A stretch of 64,000 nt of DNA from contig CAVYGB010000002.1 of NCBI GenBank assembly GCA_963767925.1, forward strand, positions 32,001-96,000. Direction: 5' to 3'. Numbering within the stretch: position 1 is the stretch's first letter; every line of letters starts with the position of its first letter. Positions 48,574 through 57,499 of the stretch are shown piece after piece. The notes beneath the pieces were generated by a model. It saw only the letters and a list, made by a program, of their open reading frames with translations. It ran no database searches and was not told where the DNA came from. Source of the stretch: an uncultured delta proteobacterium. GTDB lineage: Bacteria > Myxococcota_A > Polyangia > Fen-1088. A program made the position numbers and the translations under genes.

Positions 48574-49887
48574 TCAACCGGTGAGGGCGGAGGTGACCAC
48601 CTTGCCGCCGCGGATCTGCTCGTCGAGGAGGGCGGCGGGGACGCCCACCGCCCGGCCGAGGGTCTTGCCCATGCCGGCCAGGGTCTCGGCGAAGGGGATG
48701 TCGCCGCCGCCGGGGGCGGGGCGGCCGGTGGCGGCGTCGATGCCGGTGGCGTAGTAGTCCTGGGCCTTGGGCTCGAGGCCGCCGACCACGCCGCCCCGGA
48801 TGGAGGGGCCGATCATGACGGTGCAGTGGTGGCTGCCCCAGTGGTCGCGCCCGGCCAGGCCCAGCTTCTTGAGGGTGCGGCCGAAGACGTTGTAGGCGGC
48901 GAAGGTGACCCGGTCCTGCAGGCCGTGCTGCTGCAGGGTCTGCATCAGCAGGCCGATCCGCTGCACGCCCACCTCGGTCTCGGGGACCTCGGCCCGCATC
49001 AGGTCGGGGTCGTTGTGGTTGTCCCGGCCGAAGTCGATGCGGATCGCGATCACCGGGGCGACGTTCATCTTGATCATCGCCACCGCCGCCAGGATCTGCC
49101 CCTGCGAGTCGCTCGAGGTGATGCCGTCGAGCAGGTTGAGGAGATCGTCGGAGAGCGAGCCGGCCTGCCGGCGCGACAGGGCCAGGCGGTCGATGAAGGT
49201 GCGCTGGGCGGCGGTGCCGTGCTCCTTGGCGAAGGCGTACATCTTGTCGACGGTGGCGTCGCGCAGGCCCTGCAGGTCGGAGAGGGGGCCGGCCGGGCGG
49301 GTCAAGACGTCGCGCAGGGCGACCGGGGGGACGCCGGGCAGGCCGCGCCCCTCGTAGGTGAGGATGTCGCCGGCCCCGGTCGACAGCGGCTCGGCCTGGA
49401 CGGTGCCCAGGCAGGGGGCCAGGTGCTTGGCGAAGATCGAGGGCAACATCTCCTGGCGGTTGGTGGCCCCCATCAGGCGCAGCACCTTGGGCAGGTTGGG
49501 GTGGTTGTTGGTCAGTGTCGCGTGGTGAAAGAAGCTGGTGCGGGCCAGCACCCAGGGCGGCAGGGTCGACCAGAGCTGGGCGGCGGCGACGGGGGTCTCG
49601 CCGAGCAGGAACTCGGTGCGGGCCATGCGCGGGTCGGCGGCGTGGGCGATGTCGGGGAAGTCATAGGTGCCGGGGACGTTGGCGTTGAGGGGGTCGCCGG
49701 CGGAGGAGGTGCTGACGATCAGGTAGCGCGCGGCGGCCGGGTCGGCGCAGGCGGCGGGCCCGGCGGCGAGGGCCCGGCGGGGGTCCTGCAGCGCCGCCAG
49801 GGGCAGGCCGCTGGCCAGGGCGCGCAGGCCGAGGTAGCCGCTGCCGAACAGGGTGCGCTCGAGGAAGGTCCGTCGTCGGTGCTTCAT
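48574..49887 (-). CDS. DUF1501-type exported protein (twin-Arg N-terminus)
   Basis: RRRTFL, DNHND, FGRT..GRDHW..GGVVGG motifs. Confidence 0.75.
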   Translation of the reverse strand: MKHRRRTFLERTLFGSGYLGLRALASGLPLAALQDPRRALAAGPAACADPAAARYLIVSTSSAGDPLNANVPGTYDFPDIAHAADPRMARTEFLLGETPVAAAQLWSTLPPWVLARTSFFHHATLTNNHPNLPKVLRLMGATNRQEMLPSIFAKHLAPCLGTVQAEPLSTGAGDILTYEGRGLPGVPPVALRDVLTRPAGPLSDLQGLRDATVDKMYAFAKEHGTAAQRTFIDRLALSRRQAGSLSDDLLNLLDGITSSDSQGQILAAVAMIKMNVAPVIAIRIDFGRDNHNDPDLMRAEVPETEVGVQRIGLLMQTLQQHGLQDRVTFAAYNVFGRTLKKLGLAGRDHWGSHHCTVMIGPSIRGGVVGGLEPKAQDYYATGIDAATGRPAPGGGDIPFAETLAGMGKTLGRAVGVPAALLDEQIRGGKVVTSALTG

Positions 49888-49955
49888 GGCGGGTTCTCCT
49901 GTCGGGTCGCTGCTGCCGGAGGGGGTGGCGGGGCTGCGGAGGTCGCGTTCGCGGG

Positions 49956-52053
49956 TCACAGGCCTTGCCCCAGGGTGAAGGGGGAAATGCAGGCGGTGAT
50001 GAAGGTCGAGCGCAGGGCCTGGGCGGGGTTGGCGCCGGTCGCGCGGGCCTCGCCGTGGTGCTGCTCGAGCAGCGCGCGCATCGGCGGCGCGCGCGGGTCG
50101 CCGGGGGGCAGGCCCATCAGCGTGTGGACGAAGTCGTCGAGGGCCTCGGGGAGCTTTCCGCTGGTCCAGCGGCCGGGGACGGCGGCGGTGGCGGGGACGT
50201 CGACAAGGCGGCCGGCCAGGAGCTGGCAGAGGTTGTCGGTGGCCGAGGAGAAGAACAGGTTGGGGTCGTGGGGCAGCAGCGGCGCCTCTTCGCCGCGGCC
50301 GTAGGCGGCGCCGGGGATGGCCATGGCCAGGCGGCCGGGGCGGGTGCGGCGGGGGGTGCGCAGCTCGCAGACGTCGGGCAGGCCGAGCCGGTTCTCCAGG
50401 AGGGCGCACAGGCCCTCGCGGCGGGCGATGCTGATGACGGTGCCGTGGGTCTCGGCGGTGCGGGTGGACTTCAGGAAGGTGACGAGCGGCGAGGAGAACA
50501 GCTCGCGCACCAGCACCTTGAAGTCGAAGTTGCTGTCGCGGAAGGTGGATGCCACCCGCACCAGCTCCGGGTCGTCGGGGTCGCAGGACTCCGAGTTGGC
50601 GAGCTGGCACAGCTTCTGGGTCCAGGCGGGGGCGAAGCGGGGGTGGTCGGCCAGGGCGCGGGCGAAGGTGGCGATGCCCCGGCCGGTGACCGGCGGGCTG
50701 CCGTCGACGGTGAAGGTGGCGCTGGCGGGGACCAGCTCGGGGGCGAGCTGCTGGAAGTAGCCGACGTTGTAGCTGTGGCGGAAGAAGTCCCGCATCGGGT
50801 CCAGGGTCTGGTGGCAGCCGAAGCAGACGGTGCCGGGCTGCACGTGCAGGGTGTCGACGCTGGTCTCGGAGAGCTGCACGGTGACGTCGCGGTCGTCGAA
50901 GCTGCGGCCCAGGCCCACGATCAGCGCCTGGTTGGCGGTGACCCGGCTGGCGTTGCTGGTGTTGGTGGGCCAGTTGGCGAAGAAGGCCAGGGTGGTGAAG
51001 AAGCCGACGCGGGGGGTGGCCAGGACCAGCTCGCTGGTGCGCGGGTCGCGGAAGCGGGGCAGGTCCCAGAACAGCGTCCGCTCCTCGCCGGGGGCGGGGG
51101 GGCGGATCTTGACCGGACGCCAGGCGTCGAAGTCCTCGGGCTTGAACTGGCTGACGGTGGCGCCGCAGGCGCCGGGGCGGCGGCCCCACAACATGTCGGA
51201 CAGCTCGACGAAGGCGTTGGGGCCGCGCACCACCTGCGGCTCGACGCAGTTGGGGCGGTCGACGCCGGGATAGGGAGTGGGATCGAAGAAGATGCCGAAG
51301 TTCGGGCTGGCCGGGTCGATGGTCTCTTCGAAGGGGATGGGCCGGGGCAGGCCGGTGGCGGGGTCGGGGTTGTGGGTGCGGACCAGGGTGAAGCCGGGGA
51401 AGCGGGTCAGCGGCCAGACGTCCTTGCGGATGACGCGCAGGTTGTCGTCGCGCGGGAGAGCGTCGAGCATCGCCAGCAGCGACATCAGCGGCGGGTTGAG
51501 CAGGAAGGTGTCGGTGGTGGCGGTCTCGGTGAAGGGGCGTCCCTGCTCCACGAGGGCCAGCACGGTGCGGGCGAAGCTCTCCTCGATGCTGCGCACGAGC
51601 AGGCGCCCGTGTTCGGAGCTGGTGGGGACCCGGCCCAGCAGGTCGATGTAGTCGCCGACGTCGGTCTGGGTCTGCTGGAAGGCCTGCTGGAAGAAGGTCG
51701 TCATGCGGGCGCGGAACTCCGGGGTGGCCATCCAGGCGTCGATCAGCGTGCGCAGGGCGTCCGGGTCGGCCTGCACGGCCCGCAGCTCGGCGGCGGTGGC
51801 GGGCAGGCCGGTGAGGATGCTCTTCACCTTGCCGAGGGCCACGTGGGGGGGCAGCGGCTCGAAGGGGGGCGCCGGGGGCGGCGGGTCGGTCGCCGGGGGT
51901 GTCCGGGCGGAGCGGGCGGGCGTGCTGGGGTCACCGGCGGGGGGCGGCGCGGCGCCGCCGGGGGGCGTCGGGCAGGCCGCCGCGATCAGAGGAACAGGCC
52001 GCGGTGGCGAGGACGGCGGCGAGGACGACAGCGACAACCGGGGGAATCGTCAT
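49956..52053 (-). CDS. Large lipoprotein with CxxCH motif (DUF1588/1585-like partner of DUF1501); +1 frameshift near 51960
   Basis: GGAG RBS + MTIPPVVAVVLAAVLATAAC at 52053 is one base out of frame with the body; GFFTTLAFFANWPTNTSNASR, CFGCHQTLDP, FDFKVLVRELF. Confidence 0.7.
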
Positions 52054-52065
52054 GGTGGTGCTCCT

Positions 52066-52092
52066 GGATCCAGGGGGACGGGGATTCGTTAC
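52066..52092 (-). promoter_or_regulatory. Candidate ECF promoter GTAACGAATC-N10-TGGATCC
   Basis: Same motif as at 54155-54180. Confidence 0.65.
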
Positions 52093-52107
52093 GGGGCATT
52101 CTTCCGG

Positions 52108-53581
52108 TCAGGGCGAGGGCCGCGGGCCCAGGTAGCCGGTGGCGACGGCCAGGTTGTCGAAGGTGGCATCGGCGTCGCGGGTGGGGGCCCGGCCGCCGGG
52201 CCCCGGAACATCGTGTGGAACCAGACCCCCTGCAGGCCGGTCGCCGCGCTGTCGCGCCAGCGGAGGCCGTCCAGGGAGATCGCGCGCGCCCCGTCGAGCC
52301 AGCCCTCCACCGCGCCGTCGGCCGCGCCGGGGCGGTTCAGCTTCACCCGCAGCTCGATGCTGTGCCAGGTGCCGGGCACCAGGCTGCGCTGCCAGCGGCC
52401 GTCGCGGGGCCGCTTGCCGGGGAGGGGATCGAAGACCAGCTCGCCCTTCGGCGTCCAGCGCGGCCGGATGATGCGGCCCGGGAGGCGGGCGGCGCGGGGA
52501 CCATCGGCGCACGGGTCGAGGCAGAGGCCCGGGAGGACGCCGCCGCCGGCGAAGTCGAAGTCCTCGCTCAGCCGGACGTGGTAGCGCAGGTGCAGCTCGT
52601 CGTGCGCCGGCGGCGGATCCTCGGCGCTGGCCAGCGCGCTGGCGGCGACGAACACGCGCGCGCCCCCTGCCGGCAGGCCCACCCCGTCGCGATGAAAGTA
52701 GACGCGCAGACCGCTGCCGCTCAGCCCGGTCGTGAGCTGCGTGAACCGGGGCCGCAGGCGCCCGCGCACCGCCCGCAGCGGCCGGGCGGCGTCGAAGCCG
52801 AGGTACTGGAGCACGTCGCCGCGGGCAGCCAGCGCCGGCTCGCCTGCGGCGCGCATCTCGACGGCGAGCGCCGCGCGCGGGTCCGCGGGCAGCGGGGATG
52901 GCGCGGGGGGTGGCGGTGAGACCGGCGGCAGGGCCGGGGGCAGTGGGGGCCCGCGCCAGGGGTTGCGCGCCAGCTGGCGGGGAAGCCTCACGGGCTGCTC
53001 CGGGTGCGGTCGGTCCGAGGGGCGCACGGGCGATCGGGTCGAAGGGCGCGCGTGTGGTGGGGGCGGCAGGCGCGGCCGGGTCGAGGGGCGCGGGCACCTG
53101 GGACGGAGCCTCGCCCGCGGGATCCCCGACGGGAGCCACCGCGGTGGTGTCGGGCGCGCCGGAGTCGCGATCGGGCCGCGCCACCAGGAACGCGATCGCC
53201 GCCGCTGCCGCCACCGCCGCCGCCGCCACCCAGGTCGGCCGCACCTTGCGGGGAGCCTCCCGCGGCCCCGCGAACGGATCGCGCCCACCCGGCGCACGGC
53301 GCCGGCTGCTCGTCGAGGGCGGCGTCGATGCCGTCGGCCAGGCGCTGGCGGCGGGCGGGGTCCTGGGCGGCGAGGAGGTCGCGGATGCTGGTCCAGGTGC
53401 TGTCCGCTCCCCGCGGGCGCAGGGCCGCCCGGAGCTGGCGGGCGAGCCGCACCTGCGCGGCGAAGCGATCCCGGGTCGCCGGGTCGGCCGCCACCGCGGC
53501 GGCCAGCTCCGCCCGCTCGGCCGGGTCGAGGGTGCCGTCGAGGTAGCCGTCGGTGAGGAGGTAGAGCCGCGTGCGCTTCAT
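52108..53581 (-). CDS. Anti-sigma-like protein: N-terminal anti-sigma domain, TM helix, Pro-rich linker, polysaccharide lyase (PL14)-like domain; at least 3 frameshifts
   Basis: MKRTRLYLLTDGYLDGTLD..ERAEL; TM WVAAAAVAAAAAIAFLV; LRYHVRLSEDFDFAGGGVLPGL..WHSIELRVKLNRPG..DG.VEGWLDG; end FDNLAVATGYLGP; pieces lie in three frames. Confidence 0.65.
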
Positions 53582-54132
53582 GTCGCCGGCCCCTCGATGC
53601 AGCGGCGGAGCGAGTCGCGCACCCGGCACAGGGTGACCCGCACCCAGATCTCCGTGCGCGAGAAGCGCTCGGCCAGGCTGCGCGAGGGCAGCCCCTCGAC
53701 GTAACGCCCTTCCACCAGCTCGCGCAGCGCCTCGGGCAGGCGTTCGATGCAGGAGCGCAGGCGGCGGCTCCGGTGCTCGAGCTCCTCCATCCGCTCGAGG
53801 TCCTCCAGGCCCTTGCCCACCAGCGCCGCCTCCAGCGTGTCGTCGTTCGCCGCGCAGAAGCGCTGCTGATCGCGCAGGGCCCGCAACATGTGGTTGCGGG
53901 CGATGGCCTTGAGCCAGCCCTTGAAAGCGCCGGCGCCGCGGTACTGGGCCAGGTTCTGGTAGGCCGAGACGAAGGTCGCCTGCAGCACCTCGTCGGCCAG
54001 CCCCTCGCTGATCTCGAGGGCGGCGAGGTGAATCCGCAGCCCCATCTCCAGCTCCAGCACCAGCGACCGGAACGCCCCCCGGTCGCCGCCCGCCGCGCGC
54101 GCCACCAGGGCGTCAATCTCCTCGGCCGTCAT
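53578..54132 (-). CDS. ECF RNA polymerase sigma factor
   Basis: GDRGAF, ADEVLQATF, FKGWLKAIARN, region 4 CIERLP..VRVTLCRVRDSLRRC; ATGA overlap with the next gene. Confidence 0.9.
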   Translation of the reverse strand: MTAEEIDALVARAAGGDRGAFRSLVLELEMGLRIHLAALEISEGLADEVLQATFVSAYQNLAQYRGAGAFKGWLKAIARNHMLRALRDQQRFCAANDDTLEAALVGKGLEDLERMEELEHRSRRLRSCIERLPEALRELVEGRYVEGLPSRSLAERFSRTEIWVRVTLCRVRDSLRRCIEGPAT

Positions 54133-54154
54133 GCTGGTCCGTGCTCCCGTACCA

Positions 54155-54180
54155 GGATCCACGAGGGGCCGATTCGTTAC
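54155..54180 (-). promoter_or_regulatory. Candidate autoregulatory ECF promoter GTAACGAATC-N9-TGGATCC
   Basis: About 23 bp upstream of the sigma ATG; repeated at 52066-52092. Confidence 0.65.
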
Positions 54181-54446
54181 ACCCCTTCGAAAAGACCCCT
54201 GTGGCACACCGCGCTCGGGCCTGCGGCGCGGGCGTGCCGATCACAACGATCGAGGGGGTCCGGTTGTGCGAAGCGGTTCGGGAGGAAAGTGGAAGGAGCG
54301 CGTCGCTTGACTTGGCCGCGGCCGGTCCTTACGTTGCGAGGACTGAGCCGAGCGACCCCAACTTCTGGTCCGACAACTACCTCTGCGCCCCGCCCTGATC
54401 GCCTGCGCGGGCGCCCCGACGGTGAGAGCACGGGTGAACACCTCCA

Positions 54447-54554
54447 CCTGTTTGCCCTCTCCCGGCGGCCGTCTGCGGACGTGGGGAGAGGGAAGGGTGA
54501 GGGGCGGTTGCCACACCGGAGGCCCCTCGCCCGGCGCGCAGACGCGCTGACCTC
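54447..54554 (-). repeat. boxC/REP-like element, copy 4
   Basis: Reverse complement nearly identical to 34439-34544. Confidence 0.8.
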
Positions 54555-54602
54555 GCCACGGCCACCCTTCGAGTGAACCGCCCCCGCAACCAAGCAGCGA
54601 GG

Positions 54603-55334
54603 TCAGCCGGTCAACGGGGGCGGCGGGGTCTCGTCGGGGTAGACTTCGAGGTGGAAGTGGTCGCGGTGGTCGGCGTTGTCGTCGGGGGTCACGAGGATGC
54701 GGAAGGAGGTGTGCAGCTTGAGGCGGCAGGCCAGCCCGCGCAGCAGGCGGCCGGGCTCGGTGCGGGGCGAGCCGATGCAGGCCGCGAGCGCCCCCGGGCC
54801 GGCGCGGAGCTGGCGCCACTCGCCGGTGCCCGTCTCGAAGGCCCGCGCCACATCGTACCGGCGCGAGCCATCGCGCAGCACGTGGACGTCGATGGCCAGG
54901 CCGTTCGCGTGCGCCGAGAGCTTGTCGGTTCCGCGCCGCGGGCGGTAGTCGTAGGCCGCCGAATACTCCAGCCCGTCGATCCCGAACCCGCGGAACACCG
55001 GCGCCGCCTCCAGCAGGCCCCGGGCGAGCGCACAGTCCATCAAGGCCTCCCGGCGACCCCGGGGGATCAGCCTCACCCCGTCGATCGCCCCCCGGATCAC
55101 CACCGGCGTGCGGATACCGGGGGTCGACTCAGCGGGCACAAACGCCACCCCCGCCTTGCGCAGGACGTGGAGGCAGGCCGGGTCGGGCGCCGGCCCACCC
55201 GCGCCCGACTTGCCGTCGCCGCCGCACCCGCGGGCGTTGGCGCCACACACGGCGACCCCCAGCAGCACGCCGAAGAGCAGGAAACCCGCGGCCCCGCCGC
55301 GCGCCGCCCTCGGGAAATAGTCGCGTACTGCCAT
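54603..55334 (-). CDS. Extensin-like C-terminal domain protein
   Basis: MDCALA, YDYR..LSAHANGLAIDV, TPDDNADHRDHFHLE. Confidence 0.8.
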   Translation of the reverse strand: MAVRDYFPRAARGGAAGFLLFGVLLGVAVCGANARGCGGDGKSGAGGPAPDPACLHVLRKAGVAFVPAESTPGIRTPVVIRGAIDGVRLIPRGRREALMDCALARGLLEAAPVFRGFGIDGLEYSAAYDYRPRRGTDKLSAHANGLAIDVHVLRDGSRRYDVARAFETGTGEWRQLRAGPGALAACIGSPRTEPGRLLRGLACRLKLHTSFRILVTPDDNADHRDHFHLEVYPDETPPPPLTG

Positions 55335-55347
55335 CGCCGCCAGTCGG

Positions 55348-56478
55348 CTACCACATCACCGTGTAGCCGAAGTTCAGCCCGTACGACGACCGCAGCGCCA
55401 GCACCGCGCCGGCCTCGGTCTGGAACGCCTCGACCGTCGAGTAGCTGAAGAAGGCCGACGGCGTGAACACGCCCGAGCGACCGACCAGGAAGTTCATCCC
55501 CAGCCGCGGCTGCAGGGCCAACCCCGCGTCGTGCCCCGACAGGTAGTTGACCCCCAGCCCCAGCCCCATGAACCCGAACGCGACCTGCGAGAAGGGCAGG
55601 TGCAGGCTCGGCTCGAAGATGGCCTTGATCTCGGTGGCGCTGGCCGCCTCGGCGTCTTCGGTCGCCCCCACCCGGAAGTAGCTGAGCCCCCCGATGAGCG
55701 AGAGCTGGAAGTTGTCGATCACGAACAGCCCGACCGAGGGCGACAGGTCGATGCGCGTATAGCGCGGGGCCGCCCCGAACCCGGCCGACCCGCCCAGCTC
55801 GAGCACCCCCGACCGCGCATAAGCCTGCGTCCCCCCGACCCCCGCCTGCTCCGTCACCCCGGTCGTGGCGAGCGTGGGCGCCGGCACCGGCGGCATGGGA
55901 TCGTTGTCCGAGCGGGGCGCGGGCAACCCCTGCGCCGGAGCCCCCTCCCCCAGCGTCGCCCTGCCAGTGGCAGGCGGCGGCGGCAGAGGCCGCGGCGCCG
56001 GCAGCGGCTGCGCGATCGGCGGCAGCGGCTGGGGAGTGGGAGTCATGGTGCCAGTGGGCGGCGGCGGGGGAAGCGGCGCCGGAGGCGGCGGCAGCGGCGG
56101 ATACGCCGGCGCGCTGGGCGGCGTGTTCGGCACGCTCGGCGGCGCCAGCGGCGCCGGTGAGGTCGGAGCGCTCGGCGCACTGGGCGGCGCCAACGGCCCC
56201 GGGCTCGTCGGGGCAGCGGGCGGGGCCACAGCGTCCGGCGTGCTCGGCGCACTGGGCGGCGCCACGGGGCCCTGGCTGGTCGGGGCAGCGGGCGGGGCCA
56301 CACGGTCCGGCGTGCTCGGAGGCGGCGGCGCCACCGGAGCCACGGGGTCGCTCCCGCTCGCCCCGGATGGCCGCACCTCGCCCGCTCCGGCGGGAGCCTG
56401 ACCGGCGAAGACAGGCCGCGGCCCGACCAGGACCGCAAGAATCACCAGGACCTTCGAAACAGCGAACGACATACGCAT
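55348..56478 (-). CDS. Pro-rich secreted protein with C-terminal outer-membrane beta-barrel
   Basis: Signal peptide, APPSAP repeats, alternating beta strands ending NFGYTVMW. Confidence 0.7.
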   Translation of the reverse strand: MRMSFAVSKVLVILAVLVGPRPVFAGQAPAGAGEVRPSGASGSDPVAPVAPPPPSTPDRVAPPAAPTSQGPVAPPSAPSTPDAVAPPAAPTSPGPLAPPSAPSAPTSPAPLAPPSVPNTPPSAPAYPPLPPPPAPLPPPPPTGTMTPTPQPLPPIAQPLPAPRPLPPPPATGRATLGEGAPAQGLPAPRSDNDPMPPVPAPTLATTGVTEQAGVGGTQAYARSGVLELGGSAGFGAAPRYTRIDLSPSVGLFVIDNFQLSLIGGLSYFRVGATEDAEAASATEIKAIFEPSLHLPFSQVAFGFMGLGLGVNYLSGHDAGLALQPRLGMNFLVGRSGVFTPSAFFSYSTVEAFQTEAGAVLALRSSYGLNFGYTVMW

Positions 56479-56907
56479 CCCGAGCTCCTTTTCCACCCCG
56501 GCCACGACGAGTCCACCTCGACACCACCAACATGGGTTGCGCTCCCGAACCGGGCAACCCCGCCCCTCGGGAAACCACCGGGACCCAGGAGAGATGCCCG
56601 GGCACGCCAGAACGCCAGCCGGAGGGCCCCTCCGAGGTTCGCGGGCCAAGACGTTCGGGGCTCCAGGTACTCCCCCGGCGATAGGCACCCTGAACCAACC
56701 CGTGGAATCGCCGTCGCTCCGCGCTACCCTCGCGACACACGCGTCACGGCCAGCGACTGCCGCCGCACATCGGCCGTATGTCCCCAGCGCCGTCTCCTCG
56801 GCGAACTTGAAAAGGGCGCTTCTGCGCGTTCACGCCCCCTCGCGACGCCGCCGAGGCGGTGGGGGCGGCGGAACTGGCTGTCGGTGTCCCGCTGGGCGGA
56901 TGGGTGG

Positions 56908-57351
56908 TCAGGCCAGGCGGGCGCGGAGGTCGACCCTTATCGTGTCGCCGGGGTTCTTGTTGATGCGAGCGCGGATCTCTTCCTTGACCGGGAGCTTGTG
57001 GCGGCCGTCGCCGAGGGCCATGAAGGAGCTGCGGAAGGGGACGCCGTCCATGAGGCCCTCGACCTTGACCAGGCCGCGCGTGCCGAAGAACTCGGGCGAC
57101 TTCGGCCACACCAGGTAGGTCCAGCCGCCGGGCTTCGGGCTCTTCTGAAGCGGCGCCCGGAAGGAGACCTCGAGCGGCCCCGTCTTGCTGGGCCTGGCGG
57201 GGCTGGCCTTGCTGGCCTTCGCCGGACGGACACTCCTGGCTTTCGCGGGTGCCTTGCTGGCCTTCGCCGCGTGGGCGCTGCGGGCTTTCGCGGGTGCCTT
57301 GCTGGGCTTTGCGGGGCGGGCCTTGCTGGCCTTCGCAGGGGTGGTGATCAT
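56908..57351 (-). CDS. DUF1905 domain protein with Lys/Ala-rich N-terminal repeats
   Basis: KSPKPGGWTY..FFGTRGLVKV..RSSFMALGDGRHKLPVK; GGAGG RBS. Confidence 0.85.
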   Translation of the reverse strand: MITTPAKASKARPAKPSKAPAKARSAHAAKASKAPAKARSVRPAKASKASPARPSKTGPLEVSFRAPLQKSPKPGGWTYLVWPKSPEFFGTRGLVKVEGLMDGVPFRSSFMALGDGRHKLPVKEEIRARINKNPGDTIRVDLRARLA

Positions 57352-57499
57352 GGCTCCTCCGTTGGGATGCGGGTCTTTTCGAAGATACGACGATCGCCCC
57401 GGGCCGATCCCGACAGCCCCCAACTGCGCGTGGGCGGAGCGTCATGAGCGGTGCGTGGAGGGAGTGCCTGGGTCGGACGTGCCTGGCGTGCCGCTGGCT

